In this document: in pieces, positions 41,159 through 51,031 of the stretch
How positions within the stretch are numbered: position 1 is the stretch's first letter
Layout: each line of letters begins with the position of its first letter
Assembly (NCBI GenBank): GCA_963837955.1
Contig: CAWIPH010000002.1
Span: 4,704,001-4,768,000, forward strand
DNA length: 64,000 nucleotides
Reading direction: 5' to 3'
DNA from: an uncultured Verrucomicrobiae bacterium
Lineage (GTDB): Bacteria; Verrucomicrobiota; Verrucomicrobiia; Chthoniobacterales; JAFAMB01
Position numbers and translations under genes: made by a program
The notes under the pieces: generated by a model
Told to the model about the DNA's origin: nothing
Database searches by the model: none
Seen by the model: the letters and a program-made list of their open reading frames with translations, nothing else

Positions 41159-42037
41159 ATGAAAAGCAGCTTCCTCCAGTACAATCGGCGATATCTGCTT
41201 CTGGTTGTGATCATTGTTCCGATTCTGATTGCGACCCTATTCTTCTACGTCTCGCGCCAAATCCGGATGCAGCAAACCGCGGCGCTCCTTTGGGTCCGTC
41301 ATTCCTATTTGGTGCGAGAGAAGCTCCACGTCGTCGAAACTTTGGTTTATCGAGCTCAAAGCACCCAACGCGGATACTTGCTGACCGGACACCCCGAGTA
41401 CATCGGAGTATATCTTATCGCGAGGGCCAATCTGCTTTTTGAGACTCTCCTCCTCCGTATCATGGTCGCGGGAAACCCTTCACAGGAGGAACGCGCCCTT
41501 GATCTTCAGACGACGATCCAGGCCAAATTGGCAGAGCTAACGCAAGGCTTAGACCTGCGCTCCGCCGGCAGTGAAAGCGCCTCTCAGGATCTTTTGAAAT
41601 CCGACCGCGGCTGGAATCTGACGATCACCACGCGTGAACAAATATTAGCCATGCGTGCGGCGGAGGACAAGCTGCTGGCCGAGCGGAATGCCGTCAGCGA
41701 GGAAAAGCTTGACCTCAGAGAGAACATTTCAACCATCCTGTTACTTGCAAGCACCGCCGTGGTCGTCGGCGCGGGTATTCTCTTTCTGCGAATTCAATTG
41801 CTGCAAAACATTATTACGGTCTGCGCTTGGACCCAGCGTGTTAACTACCGCGGCAAGTGGATGCGGATGGAAGAATTTCTGTGGGAACGCTTTCGCGTGA
41901 AAGTCTCGCACGGAATTTCTGAGGAGGCGTTTGATGGAGTAATGGGTATTGTTGGAAAGAAATTGACCGTTTCAGAAAGGCGCAACGAACCGCCCCCGGC
42001 GGTGCAAGAACCCAATGAAGATCCGTCCGCAAGTTGA
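41159..42037 (+). CDS. CHASE3-domain membrane sensor with a short cytoplasmic tail
   Basis: TM1, WVRHS...AQSTQRGYLLTG..EY CHASE3 signature, MRAAEDKLLAER, TM2. No HisKA/HATPase or GGDEF. Confidence 0.85.
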   Translation: MKSSFLQYNRRYLLLVVIIVPILIATLFFYVSRQIRMQQTAALLWVRHSYLVREKLHVVETLVYRAQSTQRGYLLTGHPEYIGVYLIARANLLFETLLLRIMVAGNPSQEERALDLQTTIQAKLAELTQGLDLRSAGSESASQDLLKSDRGWNLTITTREQILAMRAAEDKLLAERNAVSEEKLDLRENISTILLLASTAVVVGAGILFLRIQLLQNIITVCAWTQRVNYRGKWMRMEEFLWERFRVKVSHGISEEAFDGVMGIVGKKLTVSERRNEPPPAVQEPNEDPSAS

Positions 42038-42920
42038 ACATCGATTTGCGGGAGTCTTATCACTTTTCGGATTGATCGCTTGCTTGGCGGGTTGCTCCAA
42101 TTTCGGGGGCTTTAGCACCGCTAAGAGTACCCTCTGGCGTGTTCACGGAGACCACAACACCGTTTACCTGCTCGGTTCGGTCCATATTTTGCCGAAAAAC
42201 GCTTATCCACTCCATCCGGCGTTGGAACATGCGTTCGCGGATTCGCAAAAAGTAGCTTTCGAAGTGGATATTGGCCGGGCAACGGGCGGGCGGGTACAAC
42301 AAGCATTCAGCGAAATAGGGGCTTATTCCAAAGGAGACGATCTGTCGCACCATGTCTCTCCAGAAACGGTGCGAATCGTCAGACTGGCCTGTGCAGAGCT
42401 TGGGGTTTCCTACGAGAAAGCAAAAAAATTCAAGCCGTCTCTGCTGTCCGAACTCTTGGCCCTCCGTTATACGGAGTTGGCCGGTTTTCGCGAGGAACTT
42501 GGAGTCGACATCTATTTTTATCAGCGGGCCAAGGCTCTCAACAAATCAATCTTCGGTCTAGAGACAATTAGCGATCAAGCACACGTGCTCGTTCAGAATG
42601 AAAAGACAGGCGAGCTGCGTCTTGTTTTGACTATCGAAAGACTGCCCGAGTACAAGAGTGCGCTAGCCCAAATGGTCCAGGCTTGGCGTAACGGGCAGGT
42701 CGAGGTTTTGGACCAATTTTTGAATCAGGACGAACGGAATGACCCGGAAACATTTTATCGGATGTTCGCCAGGCGAAACGCTCGATGGCTTCCGCAGATT
42801 GAAAGGCTAACCCACGAAAACCTGAACTGCCTTGTTGTAGTCGGGGCGGGGCATCTGGTCGGTAGTCACGGTCTCGTCGAAACGCTTCGTAGCCACGGTT
42901 ACAGAGTCGAACAGCTCTAG
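42015..42920 (+). CDS. TraB/GumN (TIKI) family lipoprotein
   Basis: Lipobox LAGC; LWRV, YLLGSVH, GVD, GLET..DQ, RN..W, VVVGAGHL. Confidence 0.9.
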   Translation: MKIRPQVEHRFAGVLSLFGLIACLAGCSNFGGFSTAKSTLWRVHGDHNTVYLLGSVHILPKNAYPLHPALEHAFADSQKVAFEVDIGRATGGRVQQAFSEIGAYSKGDDLSHHVSPETVRIVRLACAELGVSYEKAKKFKPSLLSELLALRYTELAGFREELGVDIYFYQRAKALNKSIFGLETISDQAHVLVQNEKTGELRLVLTIERLPEYKSALAQMVQAWRNGQVEVLDQFLNQDERNDPETFYRMFARRNARWLPQIERLTHENLNCLVVVGAGHLVGSHGLVETLRSHGYRVEQL

Positions 42921-42924
42921 TGGA

Positions 42925-42946
42925 TTGTATCGCGAATCGGATACAA
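42925..42946. terminator. Hairpin between convergent genes
   Basis: TTGTATC-N8-GATACAA. Confidence 0.35.
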
Positions 42947-42983
42947 CAACTAAGGTTCCGGGATCTCGCCTAGGCAAAGTCTC

Positions 42984-44450
42984 CTACTCCCCGAAGGCCT
43001 GAGCCTCCGCTTTCAGACCATCGGCTACTATTTCTACTTTGATTAAGTTTGTTTTTCCCGTGACGTTGTAAGGAGTACCGGCAGCGATCGCCAAAACATC
43101 GTCCGGCTGCGCCTTAAGAATTTTTGTTGCCGCCTCGGCGCTCAAGCGCACCAAGTGAGCCGTGCTGGTGATCATGGGAACCAATGCCGGTTCGACACCC
43201 CAGGTCAGGCTCATCCGTCGACAAGTCTCTGGAGACGTACACAGCGCGATGATTGGCATCTTTGGACGGTGGCAAGCAACCCGTCGCGGCGTTGTGCCCG
43301 AGGTTGTAGCGGTGATGATTGCGCGCGCGGAAACAGTGCTGGCAATCATCGCCGTTGCCTGCCCTACGGCCGCATCGAGATCTGCATTCCGGGATAGCTC
43401 CGGTAATCCAGGAAGCTCACCGTTCAACCAAGCCCGTTCCGCACGGGCCGCGATTGTCGCCATAGTCGCCACTACCTCCGCCGGAAACTTGCCGACAGCA
43501 GACTCGCCAGACAGCATTACCGCGTCCGTTCCGTCCAAGATCGCGTTGGCTACGTCCGCTGCTTCGGCACGCGTCGGCTTATGGAAGCTCGTCATAGATT
43601 CCAACATTTGCGTGGCCGTAATCACGGGTACGCCGGCCTGCCGACAGGCGGAAATAATCTGCTTCTGGGCGATGGGCACGTCTTCGAAGCTCATTTCCAG
43701 GGCCAGATCACCGCGAGCCACCATGACGCCATAGCATTCCTTTGTTATGTTTTCGATGTCCTCCAGCGCATTCTTTCGTTCGATCTTCGCGATAACCGGA
43801 ATGCTAGCGCCGCGTTCCGCCAAAGCTTGCTTCAAGAAACGGACATCAGAAGCGGATTGTACAAATGAGAGAGCCAGAAAGTCGAGTTGCTCGCTCACCG
43901 CAAAATCCAGGTCTTGGTAATCTTTCGTCGTCAACGAAGGTAACGAGACGCGCCTATTTTTTAGGTTTACTCCCTTGTTACTTTTGAGGTCACCTCCTCT
44001 TAGAATCTCGCAAAGAACTTCGCCGCGCGGTAGCAACTGGACCACTTGGAGTTCAATGTTGCCGTCATCCAGCAGAATAATGGTTCCAGGCGCCACATCA
44101 TTCGCCAGGCCCCGAAAACTGACAGCGATACGCTCTGGAGTTCCAATCACCGGCTCAGGCGATAGAATGATTTTGCTGCCGTTTTCCAAGGTGATCATTC
44201 CATTCTGCATCTCACCCACCCGGATGCGGGGACCGCGCAAATCGCCGAGGATACCGACCGAAACATTCAGTTTATCGGCAACCCAGCGAACACGTTCGAC
44301 TAACGGTTTGGCCTGCTCAGCGGATCGATGTGAGAAGTTAAGCCGGACAACGTCCATGCCAGCCTCAATTAGGCGGCCGAGCATGTCCTCGCTCTCACTG
44401 GCGGGCCCGATTGTTGCAACGATCTTGGTTCTCTTTACGGGTCGCGCCAT
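42984..44450 (-). CDS. pyk: Pyruvate kinase
   Basis: RTKIVATIGPAS, RLNFSH, IAKIER, MVARGDL, ATQMLESM, DAVMLSGES. Confidence 0.97.
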   Translation of the reverse strand: MARPVKRTKIVATIGPASESEDMLGRLIEAGMDVVRLNFSHRSAEQAKPLVERVRWVADKLNVSVGILGDLRGPRIRVGEMQNGMITLENGSKIILSPEPVIGTPERIAVSFRGLANDVAPGTIILLDDGNIELQVVQLLPRGEVLCEILRGGDLKSNKGVNLKNRRVSLPSLTTKDYQDLDFAVSEQLDFLALSFVQSASDVRFLKQALAERGASIPVIAKIERKNALEDIENITKECYGVMVARGDLALEMSFEDVPIAQKQIISACRQAGVPVITATQMLESMTSFHKPTRAEAADVANAILDGTDAVMLSGESAVGKFPAEVVATMATIAARAERAWLNGELPGLPELSRNADLDAAVGQATAMIASTVSARAIITATTSGTTPRRVACHRPKMPIIALCTSPETCRRMSLTWGVEPALVPMITSTAHLVRLSAEAATKILKAQPDDVLAIAAGTPYNVTGKTNLIKVEIVADGLKAEAQAFGE

Positions 44451-44535
44451 GGTTCGCACCGTTGCGCAGAGTGCGGCCGTTCACAAGGCTGAAACCGTTC
44501 GATGACTCCAAGAGGGCGGCCGGTCAGCCACCGAA

Positions 44536-44925
44536 TTACTCCAAGACGTTAAATCCAGTCGTCCTGAGTGCTTTGAGTGCCTCGGCCAACTGGCGATCGC
44601 GGACCAGAATGTAATCGGTATCAAAGGTGCCGACCGGCAAGATTCCGATCCCGGCATGGGCTAGAGGAACCGCGACCGAAACAAGAATTCCAACCAGGTC
44701 CAAATCCAGCGGACCTTCGATTTTTATAGCCCGCCACCCACGGCTAGCCCGAACATTTTCGGGCACCGAGTCGCTAGCACAGATGACAGAAAGCTGTTCC
44801 ATGGTCCGCGAGAGGGAGAAAAAACCTCCTTGAGTTGCCCAAGGGGGTATCTCCTGTCCGCGCTCGAGTCGGCATACCGCAAGCACGTCGGGTAACAACG
44901 ACAATTTTAGTTTGGGCGGCTCCAT
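44536..44925 (-). CDS. Small ACT-domain protein (ACT_7/CASTOR-like)
   Basis: FFSLSRT, GWRAIKIEGPLD..LVGIL, TFDTDYILV. Confidence 0.85.
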   Translation of the reverse strand: MEPPKLKLSLLPDVLAVCRLERGQEIPPWATQGGFFSLSRTMEQLSVICASDSVPENVRASRGWRAIKIEGPLDLDLVGILVSVAVPLAHAGIGILPVGTFDTDYILVRDRQLAEALKALRTTGFNVLE

Positions 44926-45039
44926 GGGATCGACAACATGGCAGAGCTATGGGATTTGCGCTACTAAGACTTGCGAAAAAACTGGCCTGCATCCTTCGTT
45001 GCAAATCGGCCAATTGCGTGCGTCCTTCGCGTTCTTCCA

Positions 45040-46287
45040 ATGGAAATTCAACGCCTACCCGGATTCCGCGACTTTTATCCGCACGAGTACGCGTGGCGGA
45101 ACTACATTTTTGAGGGTTGGCGTACTTGCGCGCGTTCTTTTGGTTTTGTCGAGTATGACGGACCAACCTTGGAATCAACTGATCTTTACCGAAAAAAGAG
45201 CGGGGAGGAGCTGAAAACTCAACTGTTCCGATTTCTCGATCCGGGCGAACGCGATATATGCCTTCGTCCAGAAATGACTCCTACGCTGGCCAGGCTGGTG
45301 GCGGCACGCGAACGTGATTTCAAAAAGCCGATCAAGTGGTTCAGTATCGACTCTTTCTTTCGCTTTGAAAAACCGCAGAAAGGCAGGCTAAGAGAATTCT
45401 TCCAAGTAAATTGCGACTTGATCGGTGATTCGTCCGCGGCTGCGGATGCCGAGCTGATCGCGCTTGCTGTGGCCATGTTCCGGGTATTCGGCTTAACTGA
45501 GGAAGACTTCTACGTTCGAGTAAATAATCGGTCGCTCTGGCTCGATTTTATTCAAAAACGCGCTATCCCAGCCGAACGATTGACTGAATTTCTCGCGGTG
45601 ATTGACAAGATCGAACGCGAAGAAGAGAGCGTCACAGCGAGGAAATTGGCGGCTTTCAACGTCACTTGGGAGGATGTGCAGGCCTTTTTGCAAACTCCCG
45701 CCGAATCCATTCCCGGATTCGAGGCTCTTTCCCAAGAGCTCCGATGGCGAGGAGTAGCCGAAATGGTGAAGTTGGATCTTACCGTCGTTCGGGGTCTTGA
45801 TTATTACACCGGGCTGGTATTCGAAGTTTTCGATCGCCAACGTCAAAATCGAGCCCTGGCTGGCGGAGGCCGATACGACAATCTTATCAACGTCATTAGT
45901 GACGGGGCGGTAGATCTTCCAGCCGCTGGGTTTGCCATCGGCGACGTGGTATTGCAAAACCTTCTGCAGGAGCTCCCCCACAGCCGAACTCGAGCGGAGG
46001 AAGCCCTGGCAACGAACCGATGTCGCGCTTTTGTTATCGTCGCAGACGAGACTCGCCGCCCCGAAGCCCTGCAGTTAGTCGCTACGCTCCGAGAGAGCCG
46101 GATCGTGACTGATTTTTCTCTCCAGCCAATCAAGGTCGCCAAGCAATTTCAGATGGCGGAATCGCTCGGAGCTCAGTTTGCTGTGCTGGTAGGCCAGGAG
46201 TGGCCCCAGGTGAAGCTGAAGAATCTGCTCCAACGCGAGGAGACGACCGTTTCGACGGAAGCATTAGTAAACCTGCTTAAATCGTAA
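45040..46287 (+). CDS. hisS: Histidine--tRNA ligase
   Basis: PGFRDF, LRPEMTP, FRFEKPQKGRLREF, VRGLDYYTG, GGGRYD. Confidence 0.96.
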   Translation: MEIQRLPGFRDFYPHEYAWRNYIFEGWRTCARSFGFVEYDGPTLESTDLYRKKSGEELKTQLFRFLDPGERDICLRPEMTPTLARLVAARERDFKKPIKWFSIDSFFRFEKPQKGRLREFFQVNCDLIGDSSAAADAELIALAVAMFRVFGLTEEDFYVRVNNRSLWLDFIQKRAIPAERLTEFLAVIDKIEREEESVTARKLAAFNVTWEDVQAFLQTPAESIPGFEALSQELRWRGVAEMVKLDLTVVRGLDYYTGLVFEVFDRQRQNRALAGGGRYDNLINVISDGAVDLPAAGFAIGDVVLQNLLQELPHSRTRAEEALATNRCRAFVIVADETRRPEALQLVATLRESRIVTDFSLQPIKVAKQFQMAESLGAQFAVLVGQEWPQVKLKNLLQREETTVSTEALVNLLKS

Positions 46288-46297
46288 AGCTCTAAGA

Positions 46298-48073
46298 ATG
46301 TATCGCACGCATCATTGCAACGAACTCCGCGCCGATCACGTTGGAAAAGAAGTTACCTTGGTCGGATGGGTCGCGTCACGACGCGACCACGGCGGCGTCA
46401 TTTTTATCGATCTTCGCGACCGGGAGGGGCTAACTCAGGTCGTCTTTCGGCCCGATGAATTTCCGAATATTGCCAAAGAAGCGCACGCGTTGCACGACGA
46501 GGAAGTCATTCAGATTTCTGGTCTGGTGGCAAAACGATTGGAAGGGACGGCCAATCCGAAGCTAGCGACCGGCGAAATCGAGGTAGTCGCATCGAAGTTG
46601 ACCATTTTAAATCGGTGCGCACCCTTACCATTCCAGTTAGATGCAGCCTTGAGTAACGAAGACCTGCGGCTGACGTATCGTTATTTGGATCTGCGACGTC
46701 CGGCGATGGTACGCCAATTGAAGACCAGGCACGTGCTCAATAAGGTCGCCCGCGAATATCTCGACCGAAATGGCTTTCTCGAGATCGAAACTCCAATCTT
46801 GTCGAAGAGCACCCCGGAGGGCGCGCGCGAATTTCTAGTTCCGAGTCGATTGATACCAGGCCATTTTTACGCTCTTTCCCAATCGCCGCAGCAATACAAG
46901 CAGCTCTTGATGGTGGGAGGAGTCGAAAAGTATTTCCAGCTCGCCAAATGCTTTCGGGACGAAGATCCACGCGCCGACCGGATCACTGAACTCACCCAGA
47001 TTGACATAGAGGCGTCTTTCATTGAGGTCGGCGACATCTTTCGGTTAGTCGAAGGGCTGCTCCGGGAGATCTTCTTGGCGACTCGGAACATCGATATCCC
47101 CCTTCCATTCATTCGCCTGACGTATCAGGAGGCAATGAATCGCTTCGGCAGCGACAAGCCGGATCTTCGATTTGCTACAGAGATAGCGGAACTGAGCGAC
47201 CTGTTTCGGGAAACACAGTTTAAGGTCTTCCGCTCCGCCTTGGATCAGGGGGGCGTTGTTAAAGCGATCAACGCCAAACGATTCGCCGGGATCACTACCG
47301 GACAAATCGAAGATCTTACTAACCTAGCAAAGCTAACGGGAGCCAAAGGGCTCGCCTTTATTAAGGTTGAGAACGGGGAATGGAAATCGCCGATTGTAAA
47401 GTTCTTCTCGCCTTCGGAAAAAGCAGAGCTTCAGCGCAGGCTAGAAATCGAAGAGGGTGATTTAATCCTGTTCGGTGCAGATAGCTGGGAAATCGTCTGC
47501 ACTGTGCTTGGGCGAATCCGGCTAAAGATTGCCGAATTAACCGGGCTTATCACCGATCCAGACGAACTCCGCTTTCTATGGGTAACGGATTTCCCGCTAA
47601 TGGGGTTCGATGCAGCAGAAAATAAATGGAATGCGATGCATCATCCTTTCACTCGACCGAAAACTGAGGATCTTCCTCTCTTAGAGCGGGCAGAGTTTGG
47701 CAAAATCCGGGCCGAAGCCTATGACGTCGTGTTAAACGGAGTGGAGATCGGTGGAGGCAGCTTGCGGATTCACGAACGCGAGCTGCAACAAAAAGTTTTT
47801 ACCGTTTTGGGCATCTCGCCTGAGCAGCAGGAGCGACTCTTCCGTCATCTGATCGAGGCGTTTTCCTTTGGCACCCCTCCTCACGGCGGAATCGCGCTGG
47901 GTATTGATCGGCTACTTATGCTGATTACGAACACCTCAAACATTCGGGACGTCATTGCTTTTCCGAAAAACAGCCGAGGCCAGGATTTGATGATGGGCGC
48001 CCCGAGTACTGTCTCACCCAATCAGCTGAGGGATCTTCATCTAACTCTGAAAAAGAGCGACTCAGCGAAGTGA
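46298..48073 (+). CDS. aspS: Aspartate--tRNA ligase (likely non-discriminating)
   Basis: YRTH, RRDHGG, STPEGAR, QSPQ, CFRDED, HHPFT, PPHGGIA.GIDR. Confidence 0.97.
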   Translation: MYRTHHCNELRADHVGKEVTLVGWVASRRDHGGVIFIDLRDREGLTQVVFRPDEFPNIAKEAHALHDEEVIQISGLVAKRLEGTANPKLATGEIEVVASKLTILNRCAPLPFQLDAALSNEDLRLTYRYLDLRRPAMVRQLKTRHVLNKVAREYLDRNGFLEIETPILSKSTPEGAREFLVPSRLIPGHFYALSQSPQQYKQLLMVGGVEKYFQLAKCFRDEDPRADRITELTQIDIEASFIEVGDIFRLVEGLLREIFLATRNIDIPLPFIRLTYQEAMNRFGSDKPDLRFATEIAELSDLFRETQFKVFRSALDQGGVVKAINAKRFAGITTGQIEDLTNLAKLTGAKGLAFIKVENGEWKSPIVKFFSPSEKAELQRRLEIEEGDLILFGADSWEIVCTVLGRIRLKIAELTGLITDPDELRFLWVTDFPLMGFDAAENKWNAMHHPFTRPKTEDLPLLERAEFGKIRAEAYDVVLNGVEIGGGSLRIHERELQQKVFTVLGISPEQQERLFRHLIEAFSFGTPPHGGIALGIDRLLMLITNTSNIRDVIAFPKNSRGQDLMMGAPSTVSPNQLRDLHLTLKKSDSAK

Positions 48074-48092
48074 AACGCGCTGACGATCACAG

Positions 48093-48122
48093 AAAAAAGG
48101 CGGCCGAAAAAGGCCGCCTCTT
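48093..48122 (-). terminator. Intrinsic terminator, possibly bidirectional
   Basis: AGGCGGCC-GAAAAA-GGCCGCCT stem with an A-run on its left, between convergent aspS and FKBP genes. Confidence 0.75.
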
Positions 48123-48140
48123 AGTCCAATCGGAGAGTCC

Positions 48141-48938
48141 TTATTTGGGAGGACTAACGCTCGGCTGAGCGGCGCTGGTCTCCTTCTTGATATTCAAGAG
48201 TTCTACCTCAAAAACCAAGGTTGAACCTGGGGCAATGTCTTCTCCTTCACCTTCGTCTCCGTAAGCGAGCTCTGAAGGAATATAGAGCTCCCACTTTGAA
48301 CCAACCGGCATCAGCTTAAGCGCTTCTGACCAACCCTTAATCACTTCGTTCACCGGAAAACTAACTGGACCACCGTTTTTCTCCGAGCTATCAAACTCTT
48401 TCCCGTCGATGAAAGTGCCCTTATAATTTACTTCAACGGTGTCGGTATCCTTCGGCTTCTCTCCAGCCCCACTCTTAACGACCTTGTATTGCAACCCGTC
48501 CGGCAGTGTGGTTATGCCCTGCTTCTTCCCATTGTCTGCGAGAAATTTTTTGCCATCGACTTTATTTTTGTCGGCCGCTGTCTTCATCTCCTCTTGTTTC
48601 TTAGCCATCTCCTGTTCCTGTTTTTGCGCCAGGCTCTGCTGAAAGCCTTGCATTGTCTGAGTGAGTTCTTCCTCAGTCAAAGCGGTTGGCTTTTTATTCA
48701 GGATATCCAGGATGCCTTGAGTCAGCGCAGGCTGATTGAATTCGACCTGCAGGCGAAGAAGCGTTCGACCGATATCCGTGCCTATAGCATAGCTAAGCTT
48801 ATCTTTGTCGTCTTTTAACGCCGAACTTGCAGCTCCAGGGGAACCGGAGGGCGACGGGCTCGGCTTGTCGTCCGCGGCATAGGCAGCCGTCGAAACCGCG
48901 AGGACCGCAAGAATAATTCGTGTGCGTTTCATAAGCAT
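48141..48938 (-). CDS. FKBP-type peptidyl-prolyl isomerase (FkpA/Mip-like)
   Basis: Signal peptide, SYAIG N-domain, GLQYKV, FDSS, VIKGW, ELAYG, LVFEVELL. Confidence 0.93.
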   Translation of the reverse strand: MLMKRTRIILAVLAVSTAAYAADDKPSPSPSGSPGAASSALKDDKDKLSYAIGTDIGRTLLRLQVEFNQPALTQGILDILNKKPTALTEEELTQTMQGFQQSLAQKQEQEMAKKQEEMKTAADKNKVDGKKFLADNGKKQGITTLPDGLQYKVVKSGAGEKPKDTDTVEVNYKGTFIDGKEFDSSEKNGGPVSFPVNEVIKGWSEALKLMPVGSKWELYIPSELAYGDEGEGEDIAPGSTLVFEVELLNIKKETSAAQPSVSPPK

Positions 48939-49108
48939 CCGGCGAGCCTCATCGCAAAGGGAATAACCTGCAACCGGATTTTAATCACACATTGCAAGCA
49001 AAAACCGCGTTCCAAAACCTGGCATCTGGCCCGCCTGCAACTACTTGGGAAAACTGCAATTCGATTAGAGTTCCCGTCCGGTCGCGCATGGTTGGGAGGT
49101 CCGCGCCC

Positions 49109-50965
49109 TCAATTACTTTGATCGTTTTGCCCGCCTTCCTCGTCCTGTTCAGAGTTCTTTTTTGCGTCATTCGCTTGATCCTTAAAGAGGACCCGAAGGA
49201 GGTCACCAATGATTGGCGCAGCCTTGGTGCCGCCATGAGCATATTCACCGGGGGCTCCTTCGTACAGTGCGGCATAGGCGTACTGTGGGTTATCGGCGGG
49301 CGCAAAACCTGCAAACCAAGCGGCCGTTCGCTCTTTACTTTTTGGCCCCCATTGGGCGGTTCCTGTTTTCCCGGCTACTTTCACACCGTTCACGGCAGCT
49401 GAACCGGCTGTACCGTTTTTGCTATTCACTACACCGAGCATCGCTTGACGCAGCTCTTCCCGAGTCACCGCACTTAGATTGAGGATATCTCTCGGGCGAG
49501 GGCCATAGCTATAGATCACCTCGTTGTTCAGCGTTTGGACCTGTCGGACAATGTGGCTCTGGTATAACGTTCCGCCATTAGCAATCGTTGCCATCGCCTG
49601 CGCCATCTGAAGCGGTGTAATCAAGATATCTCCTTGGCCGATGGCGAAGTTAGCCAGATCACCGGCTAGAAAATGGCGCTGGTAAGTTGCTTGCATGTAA
49701 TCGTCGGTGGGAATGCGGCCTTCGGCTTCTCCATTTAGCGAAACACCCGTGCGTTTTCCAAGTCCCAGCCGCTGCGCCCAGTTAACCATCTTGGAGGCTC
49801 CTAACTTGAGACCGAGCTGATAGAACCAAGTGTTGCAAGACTGGGTTAGTGCATCACGAAAATTCAAACTGCCAGCGTCGTTTTTCTTCCAGTTATGAAA
49901 CACCAAATTACCTATCTCAAATGCCGAAGGACATTCAAATTCGTCATCTGGGCTAAGCATATGGCTTTCGAAGGCGGCCACACCCATAAACACTTTGAAG
50001 GTGGAACCCGCCGGATAGGCAGATCGATAAGCACGGGGGAGCAGTGGAATATTAGGGTCGCTATTCAGTTTTTGAAATTTCTGTTCCGAAATGCTCGGTA
50101 CGAAATCGTTTGGGTCGATCATCGGCCAAGATGCCAACGCCAAAATCTCTCCGGTGTGAGGATCCATGACTACCAGCGCTCCTTTTTTGCAACGCTTCTT
50201 GAGGATCTGTTCGGCCAGCCGTTGGATCTCGGCGTCCAGTGTGGTGACGACATTGTACCCCGGTTGCGGCGGGGACGCGATCCGTTGACCGGTTAGTTTC
50301 CCGCCCTTGTCGAACACCAGGTTAAGTTCGCCTGTCTTACCCCGAAGCTGATCATCGAAGGTCTGCTCGAGGCCTTCCCGTCCCTCGCTATCCGGCCAAA
50401 GCAGATCGTTATTCTGCAACACTTTAGTTTGACTACCACTCGTCCGTCCGGTGTAGCCGATTATGTGTCCAGCCAAAGATCCCTGAGGATAGGTTCGAAG
50501 ATATATCGCCCGTAACGTAAGACCTTCCGGCAAATGATCCTTAATCCTGTCTACCTCGTCAGCCGGAAGATCCGAGGCAATATCGAATGGGATCAATCCA
50601 CGATTGCGATAATGTTGGATAACCGAGTCGGGCGTATAATTGAGCGGACGCTGCGTGAGGTTCCTCGCCAGGTTCGCTTGGCGGCCCGCGAAGTCGACAA
50701 TCTGCTGATCGGTGAACTCCAGCGGCGTAGGGAAAACAATGCTCAGATTGTGGCTAACGCGCGTCTGCGCCAGAGGTAACCCGTTTCGGTCGGTGATTAA
50801 CCCACGCGGCGCGGGGATAGTCAGCAAGAAAGCCGCGGCTTGGCGTTGCGTTTCCCAGCTCGGTTTGATGACCGATGAGGCACTCGGGGTTGGCGTTGAT
50901 TCTTGGGCTGGGCAAACAGAAGCAAGGCTAATGAGCAGAGCCCAGGGGAACAGTCGCGGCATCAT
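49109..50965 (-). CDS. mrdA: Class B penicillin-binding protein (PBP2/MrdA-like)
   Basis: APRGLITDRNG, GREGLE, STFK (SxxK), SCN (SxN), KTGT. Confidence 0.85.
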   Translation of the reverse strand: MMPRLFPWALLISLASVCPAQESTPTPSASSVIKPSWETQRQAAAFLLTIPAPRGLITDRNGLPLAQTRVSHNLSIVFPTPLEFTDQQIVDFAGRQANLARNLTQRPLNYTPDSVIQHYRNRGLIPFDIASDLPADEVDRIKDHLPEGLTLRAIYLRTYPQGSLAGHIIGYTGRTSGSQTKVLQNNDLLWPDSEGREGLEQTFDDQLRGKTGELNLVFDKGGKLTGQRIASPPQPGYNVVTTLDAEIQRLAEQILKKRCKKGALVVMDPHTGEILALASWPMIDPNDFVPSISEQKFQKLNSDPNIPLLPRAYRSAYPAGSTFKVFMGVAAFESHMLSPDDEFECPSAFEIGNLVFHNWKKNDAGSLNFRDALTQSCNTWFYQLGLKLGASKMVNWAQRLGLGKRTGVSLNGEAEGRIPTDDYMQATYQRHFLAGDLANFAIGQGDILITPLQMAQAMATIANGGTLYQSHIVRQVQTLNNEVIYSYGPRPRDILNLSAVTREELRQAMLGVVNSKNGTAGSAAVNGVKVAGKTGTAQWGPKSKERTAAWFAGFAPADNPQYAYAALYEGAPGEYAHGGTKAAPIIGDLLRVLFKDQANDAKKNSEQDEEGGQNDQSN

Positions 50966-51031
50966 GGAGCGACTAAGACAACATCGGTCGTCGTTCGGTG
51001 CAAATTTTTTCCGAGCATCTAAAACCGTAAC

